Shown: one piece after another, positions 26,181-39,311 of the stretch | How the letters are laid out: each line of letters opens with the position of its first letter | Position numbering within the stretch: the stretch's first letter is position 1 | DNA from: Octopus bimaculoides | Lineage: Eukaryota | NCBI RefSeq assembly: GCF_001194135.2 | Contig: NC_068986.1 | Location: forward strand, 41,325,256-41,389,255 | Direction: 5' to 3' | Length of the DNA stretch: 64,000 nucleotides | Position numbers and translations under genes: made by a program | The notes under the pieces: model-generated | What the model was told of the DNA's origin: nothing | Database searches by the model: none | What the model saw: the letters and a program-made list of their open reading frames with translations, nothing else

Positions 26181-29094
26181 AATATTGAGCTATATCTGAT
26201 AACCAATTGATCTAGCAAGCACGGCCTCATGTGGGTGGGGGTGGGGGGCAGTGTGCAATGATGCTGTTGAGCAGTAGGCTCCAAAATGGTGGGCATTCTC
26301 TCCTGATGCCCCCATACACTTACTGGCTTCTGGTATGCAGAGCTTTCGACTAGTAGCATTTTCATGTGCAAGTTGTTTGCAAAACATCTTCCATTTACCC
26401 TTTTCATCAATCTTAAGCTTTGTGGCTTATTAGAGAGGACACTGGGGAACTACTTCAGTGAAGCTTCCTTAGTACAATATGACAGCATCTGGAAGTAGAT
26501 ACATTACATATATATATATACACATACATACATATGTAAGAAAAGCGGTGTGGGGGGCGGAATAGTCATTACAGTACACAAGTCCTACTAAATACCCTCC
26601 TCAACAAACATGAAAGCATAACTAACAGTCACTTCAGCGAAGTTTTTCTCTTGAGAGTGTCTTTCATAGAATATATTCACCTTTCAGATCAACCGTATAT
26701 TGAATACTGTCCATGCTGGTTTCATCACACACTGTCTTCAGTTGTGTTGGTTGTATTTTCTCAATTTCCCTTTGCAGACAGTTGAATGTGGCACTGTGAT
26801 GTTAGATAACTAGCACCCCAGTGTCAAGTATGGCTTGCTCCTTGCTATGTAAGCGTGGTCTGATTTTTTGGATATGTAGCTAACTCAACCCTTCTCAAAT
26901 ATTTTTTGAGATCTTTTTCTTCAAGTAAATGTGAAGCACTTTATCTCTTAATTTTTTTTCTTTGTAGTTGTTTCTTCAGTATTTATAGTTGTTTATACAA
27001 GAAAGAATCATCTCATTTGAACTATTTCATATGTGCAATATTTTCTCCTTTTTTGTTTCTCTTCTTTCATTAACGATATTCTGAATTGTGCGTGTTTGAA
27101 TAGGAGAAAATGTGCCTGTAGCTTTTGTACACCTTATACTGGTTTCTGGTAATACAGTAAATTTCCAATTTGTATTGTGTTAGATCAGTATTTGAAGTAA
27201 AAATTTATATGGGATGAAATTTTCAATGGGATGCAAATGGAGTGAAAAGATTATACCTGGGCTTTCAGATGATATTGAATAGGATTTGTAGGGAGACAGA
27301 TGATTGCATTTAGTGAGCCTTTGTGAGCCTAAACACTTCACATCAAATATTCTCTCTATATAAATATATCTTTTATCAGTGTTTGATTAAAAGCTGCTGC
27401 GACCCACATTTGATAAGATTAACTTGAGGAAGAAAGGAATATGGAAGTGTCAGATTAATAAATTCTTTCGAATTTTCTGTGTAATATAAACAAACTGGGA
27501 AAATGGGTTTTTTAGTTGATTGTTATTGAAATTGTTCAGAAGTTTCTTTAAATTAAAGAGTTTTTGTAAGTGGTAGGCAAGACACAGTCATGGCTATTGA
27601 TCTTAGGATGTAGAAATAAGGAAACAATTAGCAAATTGTGAAGCTGAGGTCAATTAAATGATGCACTGAGGAAATACAAATGACAAGAAGCTGAGTGCTA
27701 GAATTTTTCATATTGTTAAATATTAAAATAAATATCAGAATATTTCTAGGTTTGGGAAATTTTTCATTTTGATATACAAACAGCTGGTTCACATTTCTTC
27801 GATTACAACCTTTTTGGGTTGTAAAAATATAACATTGATTTATTTAAATTCAGTTCTATTTGACAAGAGACTTGAGTATAGTTGAAAGTATTTAAAGAGT
27901 TATTGAAGATTTTTCTTAATAATAGATTATAAGATGTGGTTGTTATAATATCCTGTTTCATTGACAAGATGATGCAAATAAGAGTTAAACAGAAATATTC
28001 AGTTGTGTCAACCATTCCAACTAATGCTAACTGAAAAAAAGCAGAGGAAATATTGGTAACATTCGGTAATTTGTTTATGTGTGTGTGTATGATTATAGAA
28101 GTGAGTTCATAGACATGCCTTGTAATTATCTTACATTTTCTTATTAAATCCAAATCTCACCATTATTTTTTTTTTATTGTATGAACTATAGACTAATAGC
28201 AACATTCATAATTTACTGAAATGTTGTCTTAACATTGTAATATCAATTCCAGTACATTTAGATGACATGGTCCAAAGTTGTTCATAAGATCAAGCATACC
28301 AGTAATTATTAACATTGGCTTCCAGTTTTAACGAGAACTAATTTTGCTTAAATTTTCTTACCAGAACTATTATTTATGAGGTATAAGGATTCAAAAGACT
28401 TTATCTTAGATCATGATGATCTTGAACTGGCTAGCTTGTCACCTAAACATTATTACTTGGTAGTTTTGTGGGTGTTTTTTAAGGACCAGGATAATATTTA
28501 ACTGCATAGGATTAAAATGAATAGCCAATATGATGGTGTCAAACATAATATCAGTTCTACTTTTACAAATCTGCCTTCTGACCAGGGTTCATTTTTGCTT
28601 TTGTATTTAGTCATTGAAGTGATGGTATGAGGCCTGAAATCATTAATATTACCAGTTACAACTAGATCAACTAAATTGTATTTGTTTGCACACCCGTGTG
28701 ACTTTAAGGTTTCTTTTCTGTAATTCAATGATTTTACAGTGTATTTTGTAATTCAATGATTTTACAATAACTCAGTATCACAGTAAAGATAGTCAGGTGC
28801 TGTGACTTAGCATAAAATTAATGTCTGTATTGTGAAACACAACACTGGTGCCAGCTGTCTGCTATAAGCTCAACTATAGACCATAGCAATGAACAACAAT
28901 TCCTGCTCTTATAACTTTACTATTCAAACTTTCTCTCACTGTCAAATGTTACATAGAGTAAGGAGGAGACTTTCTTATGTCACTTAGCTCTGAAATGTTT
29001 CAAAGATAGTGAATAGATAAAAATATAGTTGTGAAAGGTTACTTGTAATATTAGCACTTTTTTTCTTTCTTTTTGAAGCTCTTTATTTTTCATT

Positions 29095-29357
29095 TTAACC
29101 CAATTAATGCCAACCTAGTTGACACTGCCCCAGGGCATATAATACAAAACATTACTTGATTTAAAATGTTCATATTAAATTAAAACTTTCCACCATTATT
29201 TTGCATAAAAAACTTTTCTTTTACATACATTCTAAATATCAACTTAAGTAAATAGTTATTTTATTAAATTCCACCAAATTCTTGATTATTTTCAAGATTA
29301 ATTGAAATTCACATACAGAATACTTCATAAACAAAATATGAATATGAAAGGGTTGAA
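29095..29357. mobile_element. TTAA-type (piggyBac-like) MITE relic; relative at 57160-57376
   Basis: Ends ttaaccc...gggttgaa. Internal blocks taaattaaaa.tttcca, aaattctt, ttcaa.attaattgaaa and aacaaaatatg are shared with 57160-57376. Confidence 0.55.
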
Positions 29358-29566
29358 CTACATATGTTAACTAAATAGTTATAGTAACATCACCTTAAAA
29401 TTGCAGACTTCTGTTTGACACCCACACATACCATTTAATCATCATTATCTTCGTTTTAACGTTCACTTTTCTATGCTCACAAGGGTTTGATGGAATTTTA
29501 GGCAGATTTTTTACATCCCTTCCTGTTGCCAATCTTCAGCTCTTTCCAAATAAAGTAATATTCATA

Positions 29567-29770
29567 TGTTGTGATGGAGAAAAACACAAGAGTACAAGAG
29601 TATTATTATAAATCACCATCCCACTTCCATTGCATACACACACACACCTCCCCTTTTACATACACACACACATATACTCACACAGAGTTGAAACACTTTG
29701 ATTTTATTTTTCACCCCTTCCTTTCTCATTCAGATGTTGTGATGGAGAAAGACACAAGAGTATTATTATA
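29567..29770. repeat. Short direct duplication gttgtgatggagaaa.acacaagagta...ttattata around a CA-rich spacer
   Basis: Copies at about 29568-29610 and 29736-29770. Confidence 0.8.
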
Positions 29771-30093
29771 GTAGATTCTTTGTAATATTACAAGAAAAAA
29801 AACCCCACTTGTTCACACATTCTACAACAAAACCTCTTACATGTACATACACACACTTGTCTAGATTTCTTAACCCATGGCAATGGCAAATATGAAACTG
29901 ATGGTGTATTGAAATCTTCAAATTTTAAGAGTGGTAGTGATGTATATATATATAGGATTACTTGTGTACCCACACAAGTAATCTCCAGGAGTGCCTTCGG
30001 ATTTAACTATCCCCTGGTTGCTTAGATACTTCAGACTACCCCTGAAATATTGAAGCAATCCTATTATATACCTATTTATATATATATATATAT

Positions 30094-30103
30094 NNNNNNN
30101 NNN
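30094..30103. other. Assembly gap (others: 5813-5904, 18688-18821, 53523-53670)
   Basis: N runs. Confidence 1.
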
Positions 30104-30192
<89 letters not shown>

Positions 30193-30808
30193 TACAAGTG
30201 AGTGTGTAGTGGGACATAGTCCTTAAATGCTTAGGATGTGTGGAAACTAGAAAAAAAATATGAAGCAAGCATGCTTCACTGGATATATGATATTAGTGTG
30301 CATGACAGTATTAAAGAGCTGAGAGAAAAATGGATGTAAGAGGAATTGAATGTAATGTGCAAGGGAGAAGACTGCAATAGCATGACCATGTGATATGATC
30401 ATCACATAAAGAAGTGTCACATACTCAAAATGAATGATACCTGTGAAAGACATGGGACAAATTGGTGAAGACTGATCTCAAGAGGTTACATCTCATGGAG
30501 AGATGATGATGGCCTGTTTTAATTAGTAATTTGTGATGTGACCAACAAAGCAAGAATGGTGATTCAAAATTCATAAAAAGTGGTAGTGATGTAAATCTAG
30601 ATATATGCACCATTAAGTCTACTGTTGCTTCTCACACTTTGTCACCCTCTCATTTTCTCATCACTCACTTTCCTATCACCCTTGCTGCACATTAATGCAG
30701 GACCTTCCCACACGCTGTTCCTCCATCATCCTTCTCTTCACTTGGCCTCTATCACTCAAGCTGGACCATCTCAAAGTCTGTTTTAGAGGAGACTACATTG
30801 GACCACAT

Positions 30809-31193
30809 TGTTGTTGGCACTCCGTTGCTTACGACGTCGAGGGTTCCAGTTGATCCGATCAACGGAACAGCCTGCTCGTGAAATTAACATGCAAGTGGCT
30901 GAGCACTCCACAGACACGTGTACCCTTAACGTAGTTCTCGGGGATATTCAGCGTGACACAGTGTGACAAGGCTGACCCTTTGAAATACAGGCACAACAGA
31001 AACAGGAAGTAAGAGTGAGAGAAAGTTGTGGTGGAAGAGTACAGCAGGGTTCACCACCATCCCCTGCGGAAGCCTTGTGGAGCTTTAGGTGTTTTTGCTC
31101 AATAAACACTCACAACACCCGGTCTGGGAATCAAAACTACGATCCTATGACCGCGAGTCCACTACCCTAACCACTGGGCCATTGCGCCTCCAC
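30809..31193 (-). mobile_element. Family D tRNA-derived SINE, full length, with target-site duplication
   Basis: Minus-strand head gtggaggcgcaatggcccagtggttaggg with B-box-like gttttgattccc; TSD attggaccacat at 30797-30808 and 31194-31205. Confidence 0.92.
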
Positions 31194-33698
31194 ATTGGAC
31201 CACATACACTCAATACATTCTACCTCTTCTTCCCCTTCTGTATTGCCTGTCATCTGTTTGCTATCATCCTTTTGCTCTTTTACTTCAACACATTCAGATC
31301 TCTGTCCTTGCTCCAATCTCCTGGAACACATTGCCTTCTATTGTTATCCTTTCTTGGCTATGTTGTCTCTCTTTGTCTGCCATCATACTCTTGCTCCTTT
31401 CCTCCTTCACATCCCAGATCTCTGTCATCTTTTCACCTTTTGTCATTTCCCTACCTGCCTAGCCAAGTTGCCTTGATTACACATGTACATCTCAATAAAC
31501 TGACTACAACCCATTTTGAAGTCTATATACAAAATCCTACACTGAACCGAATCTGCCAGTATGCTCTACTTTCAACCATCCTTCTTATTCTGCCTGTCAT
31601 CACTCTGCTTGGCTTCATCTGCTATCATACTCTTGCTCCTTTTCTTCTTCACATCTGTATCTCTAATATTGCTCTTATCTCCCGGAACACATTGCCATAT
31701 ATTATTCTCTATCTACTTAGCTATGCTGTCTCAGAATGTACCTGTCTTAAAATACTAAGTGCCTTTATCACTCAGTCCCTATATCATGCATCCCTTTTAA
31801 CACCATCATTTATGCTTCTATCAGCCATACCTCTGACTCTTTAAAGAGGTTGGTGAGTAAATATGTGCAGTTCTGAGCTCCTGTCAGGCATGTTGTGGAC
31901 ATGGATATCTCTCTAGTGTTGGTGTCTCAAAAAATGTGCTCAGTATACTCATAAAAGTGTATAGTTACCTTGTCAAGGACATGACTCATTTTTAGTGCTG
32001 GTGCCAAGAAAAGTAATGCAATACATTCTGTAAAGTGGTTTGTGTTTGGAAAGGCATCCAACCATTGAAACTGAATCAAAAATGAAATGCATTAGCAAGA
32101 TGTGGTACTCCAATTCATCTTGGTAAGCAGTTCACTCGAATACATACTGAATATGTACTTATTCTGATCAGAGTAAGCCATCCAACCCCTATCATCATGG
32201 AAAGTAGTGCATTTAGAACTACATTATTCACTGTGCCCAGTTTTGAAGACAATAGGATGTAACTTGACTGCTACTACTAGCAGTTTGAGTGATCATGTAG
32301 AAGCTTCTTCTCATTGGTTTGCATCACTATTTATTGTTAGACATGCTATCATAAGATGTAGAATTTGTGGTCTCATTTTAAAGATGGTTAAAAATTTGTG
32401 AAAAATAATTTTAGCTGCTACATTGTGAAAGTAGCCCAACTATATAGCAACTCATTTATTAGCTCAATGCAGTGGTAGTAAATAGGGAGTGTTTACAAAA
32501 ATTCAAATTTAGATCAGGTATCTAGGATATAAGCCACAGCAGGTAAGATAAAAACAGCTGCAGATATTAAGCTGTTATAAATTAAACAGAAATCTACTTC
32601 ATCCATGACAACATGGTTAAATGGACACTAACCCAAGAAGTGTGATGATAGTGATTCTGTTTTTAAACTCTTGAACTTTGATTGACCTTTTCATGTCTAA
32701 AGTTATTTCTGTTATAATCTGTCAGCTGTTATGCTACCACTGTTTTAAATGCAGATTGATACATGCATTCTGATCCTTCATTCATAGTTCATCATTGAAG
32801 CAGTTGGATATACTGATGATGATTGACAACCATGCAAAACAGCTTAATAATAATAATAATAGTGGTTGTGGTGGCAGCGATGGTGGTGGTGGTGGTGGTG
32901 GTGATGTAAAAAAAAAAAGTGGGGGAAATATTTTCACCAGAACACACAGCTGTTACTTTTATATTTTTATGTAACTATCATTCTTAGATCACTTAGCAGT
33001 GAAGAAAAACACTAGAGAAGGCAAATGATCAATCAATAAAATGCATATTTCTGCCATGAATGCAACTTGTTTGAATAAAAGACCATCTTCTTTAGACTAC
33101 ATGAATGTACATGTGTATGCACATACAATATACCAAGTGGAATGGAGGAGAAAGTGTTAAACTTAGCATGCTAACGTTCTGTCTTCTTCAATTTCTATGT
33201 TTTAAATTGAAAGTGGTTATAATATTTTGAAGTGGTGAGGGAATTTTTTTCGTAAGTGAAAAAAAATATATTGCAAAATTTTCACTTTAAGGCTTTTGGC
33301 TAACATGTTAGTTGATATAAAAATAACATTTTTCATTATTAATATTTTTCCATTTTTTTTTTTATGGAGCTGTCCTCTATTTATGTTTTATTTTAATAAA
33401 GTAATATAATGTTATTTCTTAACATTTTAAACTTTAATATACAAATTTTTAAAATCAAATTGCAGTAAGGAATATATTTACTGTGTGTGTGCACATGTGT
33501 GTGTGAGTTAATACCCCAGAGGAAATTATTTTTGAAGGAATCTTTAGTTGTGTGTGTGTAATATTATAGGTTATAATTGGAATGCTAGGTTTCCAATATA
33601 TATATTTAAATTAGACTTTAAGATATAGGATTCTCATGCCTTTACCAATGTACACATGAATAAATCTGTTTATTTATATATTCATATTTTTTTTTCAG

Positions 33699-33747
33699 AC
33701 ATCTGTAAAGTGCCTAGAAGCAGGCTGTAACAATTTCTATTCAAAAC
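33699..33747 (+). CDS. RING-PARP gene, exon B (TSVKCLEAGCNNFYSK, completes the RING with C-x4-C)
   Basis: Acceptor tttttttttcag|ac, donor aac|gtatgt; phase 0 to 1 links exons A and C in frame. Confidence 0.8.
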
Positions 33748-33756
33748 GTATGTATA

Positions 33757-33765
33757 CTCTCTCTT

Positions 33766-33855
<90 letters not shown>

Positions 33856-33860
33856 TCTCC
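33757..33860. repeat. (CT)n microsatellite just downstream of exon B
   Basis: Directly visible. Confidence 0.95.
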
Positions 33861-35277
33861 TTGCAGCAGTTTATTTGTTTTAACATAGTTTTCTTTTTTC
33901 TTATTTATGAAGCATTACTTTTTTTTTTATGATTATTGAAATTTATAATGATAGGAAGCCCCAAAGGATCCAAGATAACATGTAGTTAACAATCTTTTCC
34001 AGAAGCAGTATTCTTAGCAAGAATTTAGGAATATTGAGTTTACTTGCTCATCTTCACCCATTCCTTTAAGGAAATTATTATAATGAGTGCACAAATAGAT
34101 ATGTTTCTTATAAGAGATGTTCTAGTGTTGTTTACCTAGAGCAACAAATTGGCAGTCATTCGAATGTCTGGTAGAAAACCTTGTATTTGTTTTGGAACCT
34201 CTGCACTCTGACTTCAAATCCTGCCAATGTCAATTTAGCGTTTTATCTTTCTGGGGTTACAAAATAAAGTACTAAATATTGGGGTCAATTCCCCATCTCT
34301 CTCTGAATTGACTACACTATACCATGAAAAGGGTCATGGAAAATTTCTTACACCATCCCATTCTTTAGAAATGGATGAGCTGAGTAAGGGGTTAAGCAAC
34401 TTCTTCTTATAGAAAAACTACATGGAACAGAAATATATGTAATTTAAAGTTTATTTCTTAACAATAACTGCATTATTCTATGCTTAATTATTAAATTTTC
34501 AATAGTGTGTATTAAGCTCATTATCCAAAATAGATAAAACTCTTCTCTTTGTATGCCTCAATAAAATTTGGTCAATAAAAAAGAAATTGTATGCAAGGTG
34601 GTTAAGCAAATAAATTGAACTATGTAAACAAATTTGTTTATGTTGGCATGGATATATAAAAATGCATGTAAATTGAGAAAGTGCTAGATAAGAACAAAGA
34701 AACAAAAAACAAAATATTGGATTTAAGAAGAGTGAACCAATTTGATGAAATGATTCAAAACTGTAAAAGATGCTTATGTCATTGTAGATCCACTCAAATT
34801 CATATCAAGAAAACAAAATGCATATTTCAATTTATTAAATGTAACAGAGAATTTTGTGACTGGTAGTTTTAGAACTGGTCACATGTGGGTACAAATTTTA
34901 TTTCAAATAATAACTGTACAAAACACTACACTGTATTTTATTTTTATATGATTTTAGTCAGAAAGAAGAGAATAAGCTTACAACTTTCACAGGCCCTCTA
35001 AGATTGGTCAGATTGGTGCAAATGATGGTAAGCTTGATCAGCTGTAAGTATACAACAGCAAAGAAAATATGTGCTATGTAGGAGATACCAGAGGTTTAAT
35101 ATTTGGGAAGGAAGGATTTAGTCATGGTGGTTAGTGTAGGGTCTGGGAAGTGAGACATAGAACAGATGAGAGGGATAGCAGTGAATCTATTGGGTGAGCT
35201 GGGGTGGAAGTAATATGCAACTATACAGTCTCTCCTTCCTCTGATTTATTATTTTTCCTTTTCATTCTATTTTCCAG

Positions 35278-35510
35278 ATGAACTGAGGCGTTGTTTGCCT
35301 GCAATGATAGTGGATATTCTTGAAGAAGTTCTTGAACAATATTATGTTGATTTCATAACAAATATGCTAATGAAATCCTATTCTCCAAGTGATACCTCTG
35401 TGGGGCCTGATAATGAAATGACTGTAGGAGAACTTGAACGTCCTCGAAAGCGGTTAGCAATCAGTTATGATAGCTTACCAGAAAACTGGGTTGAAATGGA
35501 ATCAAAATTT
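35278..35510 (+). CDS. RING-PARP gene, exon C (HELRRCLPAMIVDILEE...LPENWVEMESKF)
   Basis: Acceptor tctattttccag|at, donor ttt|gtaagt; phase 1 to 0. Contains the post-RING helix and the pre-PARP 'P..W..M' motif. Confidence 0.85.
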
Positions 35511-36141
35511 GTAAGTATTTGAAGAAATAAAATGCAAAAATATTTTTCTGACATTCAATAGTTGAAAACTGTAACTAATCCTTTCTTAACATTTGTTCTT
35601 CATTTGAAATATTTAAAGCACTTTCAGTTATTGATAGCCACCCAGTACCACTTAATTTTCATCTTTTATCAAATAGATTGGTGATGTAAATTTATGAAAT
35701 ATAGCATGAATTAAGTAACCATTTTTATATATGTGTTCACAACAAATCCCTTCTTGGATTCTACTGTATGACTACTTCTTAGAGAATCAAAGTTGTTTTA
35801 TGTTGCAAGTATAAAAATGACACTATGGTTAAATTGTTGTCCTCAACAGAAGCTGATTCCCTACAAGCTTTGAGCAACTTTTTAAAATTGTGTTGATTTT
35901 TGTAAATCATAATACATGGCAGTAAGAATTAAAAATGATTATGCAGTAAGGATAGAGAAAAAGAAAACATTAGCTCAGTGACTGGTGAAATTAGTCATTG
36001 AGCTAATATTGTCTTTTCCTCACTGCATAATTATTTTTAATTTGTTTCATGTTAACACTAACTTAACTATTGTTTTTCATGCAGATGGTCTCTGAGTTAT
36101 ATATTTCTTTAAAGAAATAACTGTTCCTTTTGTTTTTTCAG

Positions 36142-36287
36142 AGTAATCAGCTATTCGTTTTGGATTCTGATTCTCAAGAATATGTCAATGTGTCTAGAAT
36201 GTTTTTGTCTTCAATGCATTATCCAGCCACTGAAATAGTACGAATCTCTCGAATCCAAAATCCTATTTTATGGAAATATTACTGCTT
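36142..36287 (+). CDS. RING-PARP gene, exon D (start of PARP catalytic domain)
   Basis: SNQLFVLDSDSQEYVNVSRMFLSSMHYPATEIVRISRIQNPILWKYYC; acceptor ttttttcag|agt, donor tt|gtaagt. Confidence 0.9.
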
Positions 36288-37339
36288 GTAAGTATTATTT
36301 TTGTAAACTGGTTATAGAATAAAGTACAAATTGCCTGTGCGAAGAAGAACCTTAATGTTGGTGTTAGTAAACACCACACTCTCTCACTGTGTGTGTTATG
36401 TTTGTTTTAATGCTGGTTTCAATGAGCTGATCAAAGAATCGCTTTTTCCTTAGCTATCTTACCAATAATGATGGGATAATTGTTGCTGGAGTTCTGTTTT
36501 AAAATTTGTGACTTTCTACTGTGTTCATATTTTAAAGTTACTAGATAGTTTAATCAAACCAAATTTGGTTGTTCCATTTAGCAGATCAAACACTCATTTA
36601 CAAATTTCCTCTTTGACGTGGGTTCATTCCTAAAAAGATAAAGCTGCTGCTGCTTTTTGTAACCAGAACATTGTACAGCTCTGCTTAATTTACTGACTCT
36701 CTCAAAAGCTCGAGTGAGGCTCACATTAGAGTATAGCTCGTGTATTTTGGATGGCACTGATACTATATACAAAGTTCTTAAATCTCATTCAAAAGAAGAA
36801 AGAAAGGTATGTGATTAATTGACAGATATTTACTGATGAACTGGTTAAGAAATGGTTTTAAGTATATAGTATCATTGTCAAACAAACATACTGTGAAAAA
36901 AACAAAGATGTTTTTTTTCTCTCTTCTGTAATATTTAGAGGAGAACATAGGTATTGAGTAGGAATAAACATTATTTCTTTTTTTTTTTTTCTTACAATAG
37001 TGATTTTGGTACTTCTGTTTCTTCTATTTCTCATTTGAACATGTTTGGGATTGGTTTAACAAGTGTGAATATTTGCAATTGTTTGAACAGCTGATTTATT
37101 GTTAGTCTTTTTGACACCAATCAGTTAGTAAAACTAAAGTGAGTTACCTCGACTGTTGCAAAGAAATGAAAGATGTTTACTATTAACACTGAGAATAAGG
37201 TTAGATTCTAAGGCATGTCCCTTAATATTTTTATGCCAGTCAAGTTTAACCTGAAAGATTCAAATATTGTTCCTTTTATTATTTTATTCAATATGGTTGC
37301 TGGTGCTGCATAAAAACACCCAGTACACTTTGTAAAGTG

Positions 37340-37492
37340 GTTGGTTTTGAGGACATTCAGACATTCAGTCAAAGAAATCATGCCAAAACAAGCATGAAAC
37401 CTAGGCAGCTCATCAGCTGGCCAACTTCTGTTAAACCATCCAACTCATGCCAGCATGGAAAACGGACATTAAATGATAATGATGATGATGAT
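37340..37492 (+). mobile_element. Decayed family B repeat just upstream of exon E
   Basis: catgccaaa...aaaccatccaactcatgccagcatggaaaacggacattaaatgataatgatgatgat. Confidence 0.7.
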
Positions 37493-37550
37493 AATTATTT
37501 TCTCTACTATTTGCAAAAAAAAAAAAAACTTTTTATTTTTCATCTTACAG

Positions 37551-37702
37551 AAAAAAGCGTGAGATGGTACAAGAGAATGATGGTCTTAATGTTGAAGAAA
37601 GACAACTATTCCATGGTACAAAAAGCAAAGTGGTTGAACCTATATGTCGTAAGGGATTTGACTGGAGGCTCTGTGGAAAACATGGTACTGTTTATGGACA
37701 TG
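37551..37702 (+). CDS. RING-PARP gene, exon E (catalytic His)
   Basis: KKREMVQENDGLNVEERQLFHGTKSKVVEPICRKGFDWRLCGKHGTVYGHG; acceptor tcttacag|a, donor catg|gtaagt; phase 2 to 1. Confidence 0.93.
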
Positions 37703-38029
37703 GTAAGTAGCTTTTATTGTGTGCTGCATTATAACTTTTGTCTAAATGACATAAAAAGTAGGAGACATGAAATATGTCAAAAAGGATTCAGAAAAATTAA
37801 TTTTTTATACCCAAAGATTGGTTTGAACATTGTCTAAACCCTTTTATTCAATCTACTCAATTGAAGGCATCATGTTTGTCCAGTACAATTTGATTGAAAA
37901 AAAATATGAATGAAATATTTTTGTTTAAAAATATTGGTCCATTGATTTTCTCACCAACAAATTTTAACAAAAGACACACACACTCACACACTGTGCCATG
38001 AGAAAGTACTTAGCATTTTCTGAAAAGTG

Positions 38030-38878
38030 GTTAGTATTGGGAAAAGTATTCAGCTGTAGAAATCATGCCAAAGCAGACATAGCAGTATGATGTAATCCTC
38101 CAACATGTTGATCCCTGTTGGACCATCCAACCCATGCCAGCATGGAGAGTGGGCATTAATTGACAATGATGATAATGATCATCATCATCACTGATTTTAT
38201 GTCTACCCTTCCATGCTGGTAGGACTTTTTGAAGATTACAACTCTATTAGTCACCCGTTTGCCTGACTGGCCTTCGTGCCAGTGGCATGTAAAAGCGCCC
38301 ACTACGCTTTCGGAGTGGTTGGCGTTAGGAAGGGCATCCAGCTGTAGAAACTCTGCCAAATTAGATTGGAGCCTGGTGTAGCCATCTGGTCCACCAGTCC
38401 TCAGTCAAATCGTCCAACCCATGCTAGCATGGAAAGCGGACGTTAAACGACGATGATTACAACATGCTGGAATGTTGTGCATATTCTGTAAGGTGATTAG
38501 CATTGAGAAGGGTATTCATTTGTAGAATAGTATCTATTCTAAAAATTGGGATACACACAATTACCAGATAAGATTGGAGCCTGGTGTGGCCTCCTGGCTT
38601 GCCAGTCCCCAGTCAAACCGTCCAACCTATGCCAGCATGGAAAATAGACGTTAAACAATGATGATGATGATGACAATCATAGATGCACACACATGTACAG
38701 TGGGTTGTTGCACTGTTTCTTTCAACCAAATTTTATTTACAAGGCATTGGATAGAAGGGTATCCAACTGTAGAAGCCATGCCAAAACAGACAATAGAGCT
38801 TGGCACAGTCCTCCAGCTTGCCAGCTCTATTTAAACCATCCAACCCAGCATGGAGAACAAACATTAAAAGGCGATGAT
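38030..38878. mobile_element. Cluster of at least 4 family B fragments, one inverted (about 38180-38220)
   Basis: Repeated gctgtagaa...gccaaa and ccaacccatgc.agcatgga...gatgat blocks at about 38030-38175, 38256-38457, 38560-38673 and 38735-38878. Confidence 0.8.
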
Positions 38879-38924
38879 TATTGGTCACCCAAAGTCTGTT
38901 AGAAAACACTTGTGGTGCACATAT

Positions 38925-39311
38925 TTTTTTTGTTGTCACTCCGTCGCTTACTACGTTGAGGGTTCCAGTTGATCCGATCAACGGAACAGCCTGCTCATGA
39001 AATTAATGTGCAAGTGGCTGAGCACTCCACAGACACGTGTACCCTTAACGTAGTAGTTGTCGGGGATATTCAGCATGACACAGTGTGACGAGGCTGACCC
39101 TTTGAATTACAGGCACAACAGAAACAGGAAGAAAGAGTGAGAGAAAGTTGTGGTGAAAGAGTACAGCAGGGTTTGCCACCATCCCTGGAGCCTCGTGGAA
39201 CTTTAGGTGTTTTCGCTCAATAAACACTCACAACGCCCGGTCTGGGAATCAAAACCGCGATCCTATGACTGTGAGTCTGCTGCCCTAACCACTGGGCCAT
39301 TGCGCCTCCAC
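38925..39311 (-). mobile_element. Family D SINE, full length, with TSD
   Basis: Closely similar to 30809-31193; TSD ggtgcacatat at 38914-38924 and 39312-39322. Confidence 0.92.

Noticed and set aside
27803-28153. 116-aa minus-strand ORF in the large intron
   Set aside because: I/L/N/F-rich composition typical of random AT-rich DNA, with no motifs.
31120-31193. tRNA-like sequences (also 39240-39311 and 18491-18560)
   Set aside because: They are SINE heads joined to SINE bodies with TSDs, not stand-alone tRNA genes.
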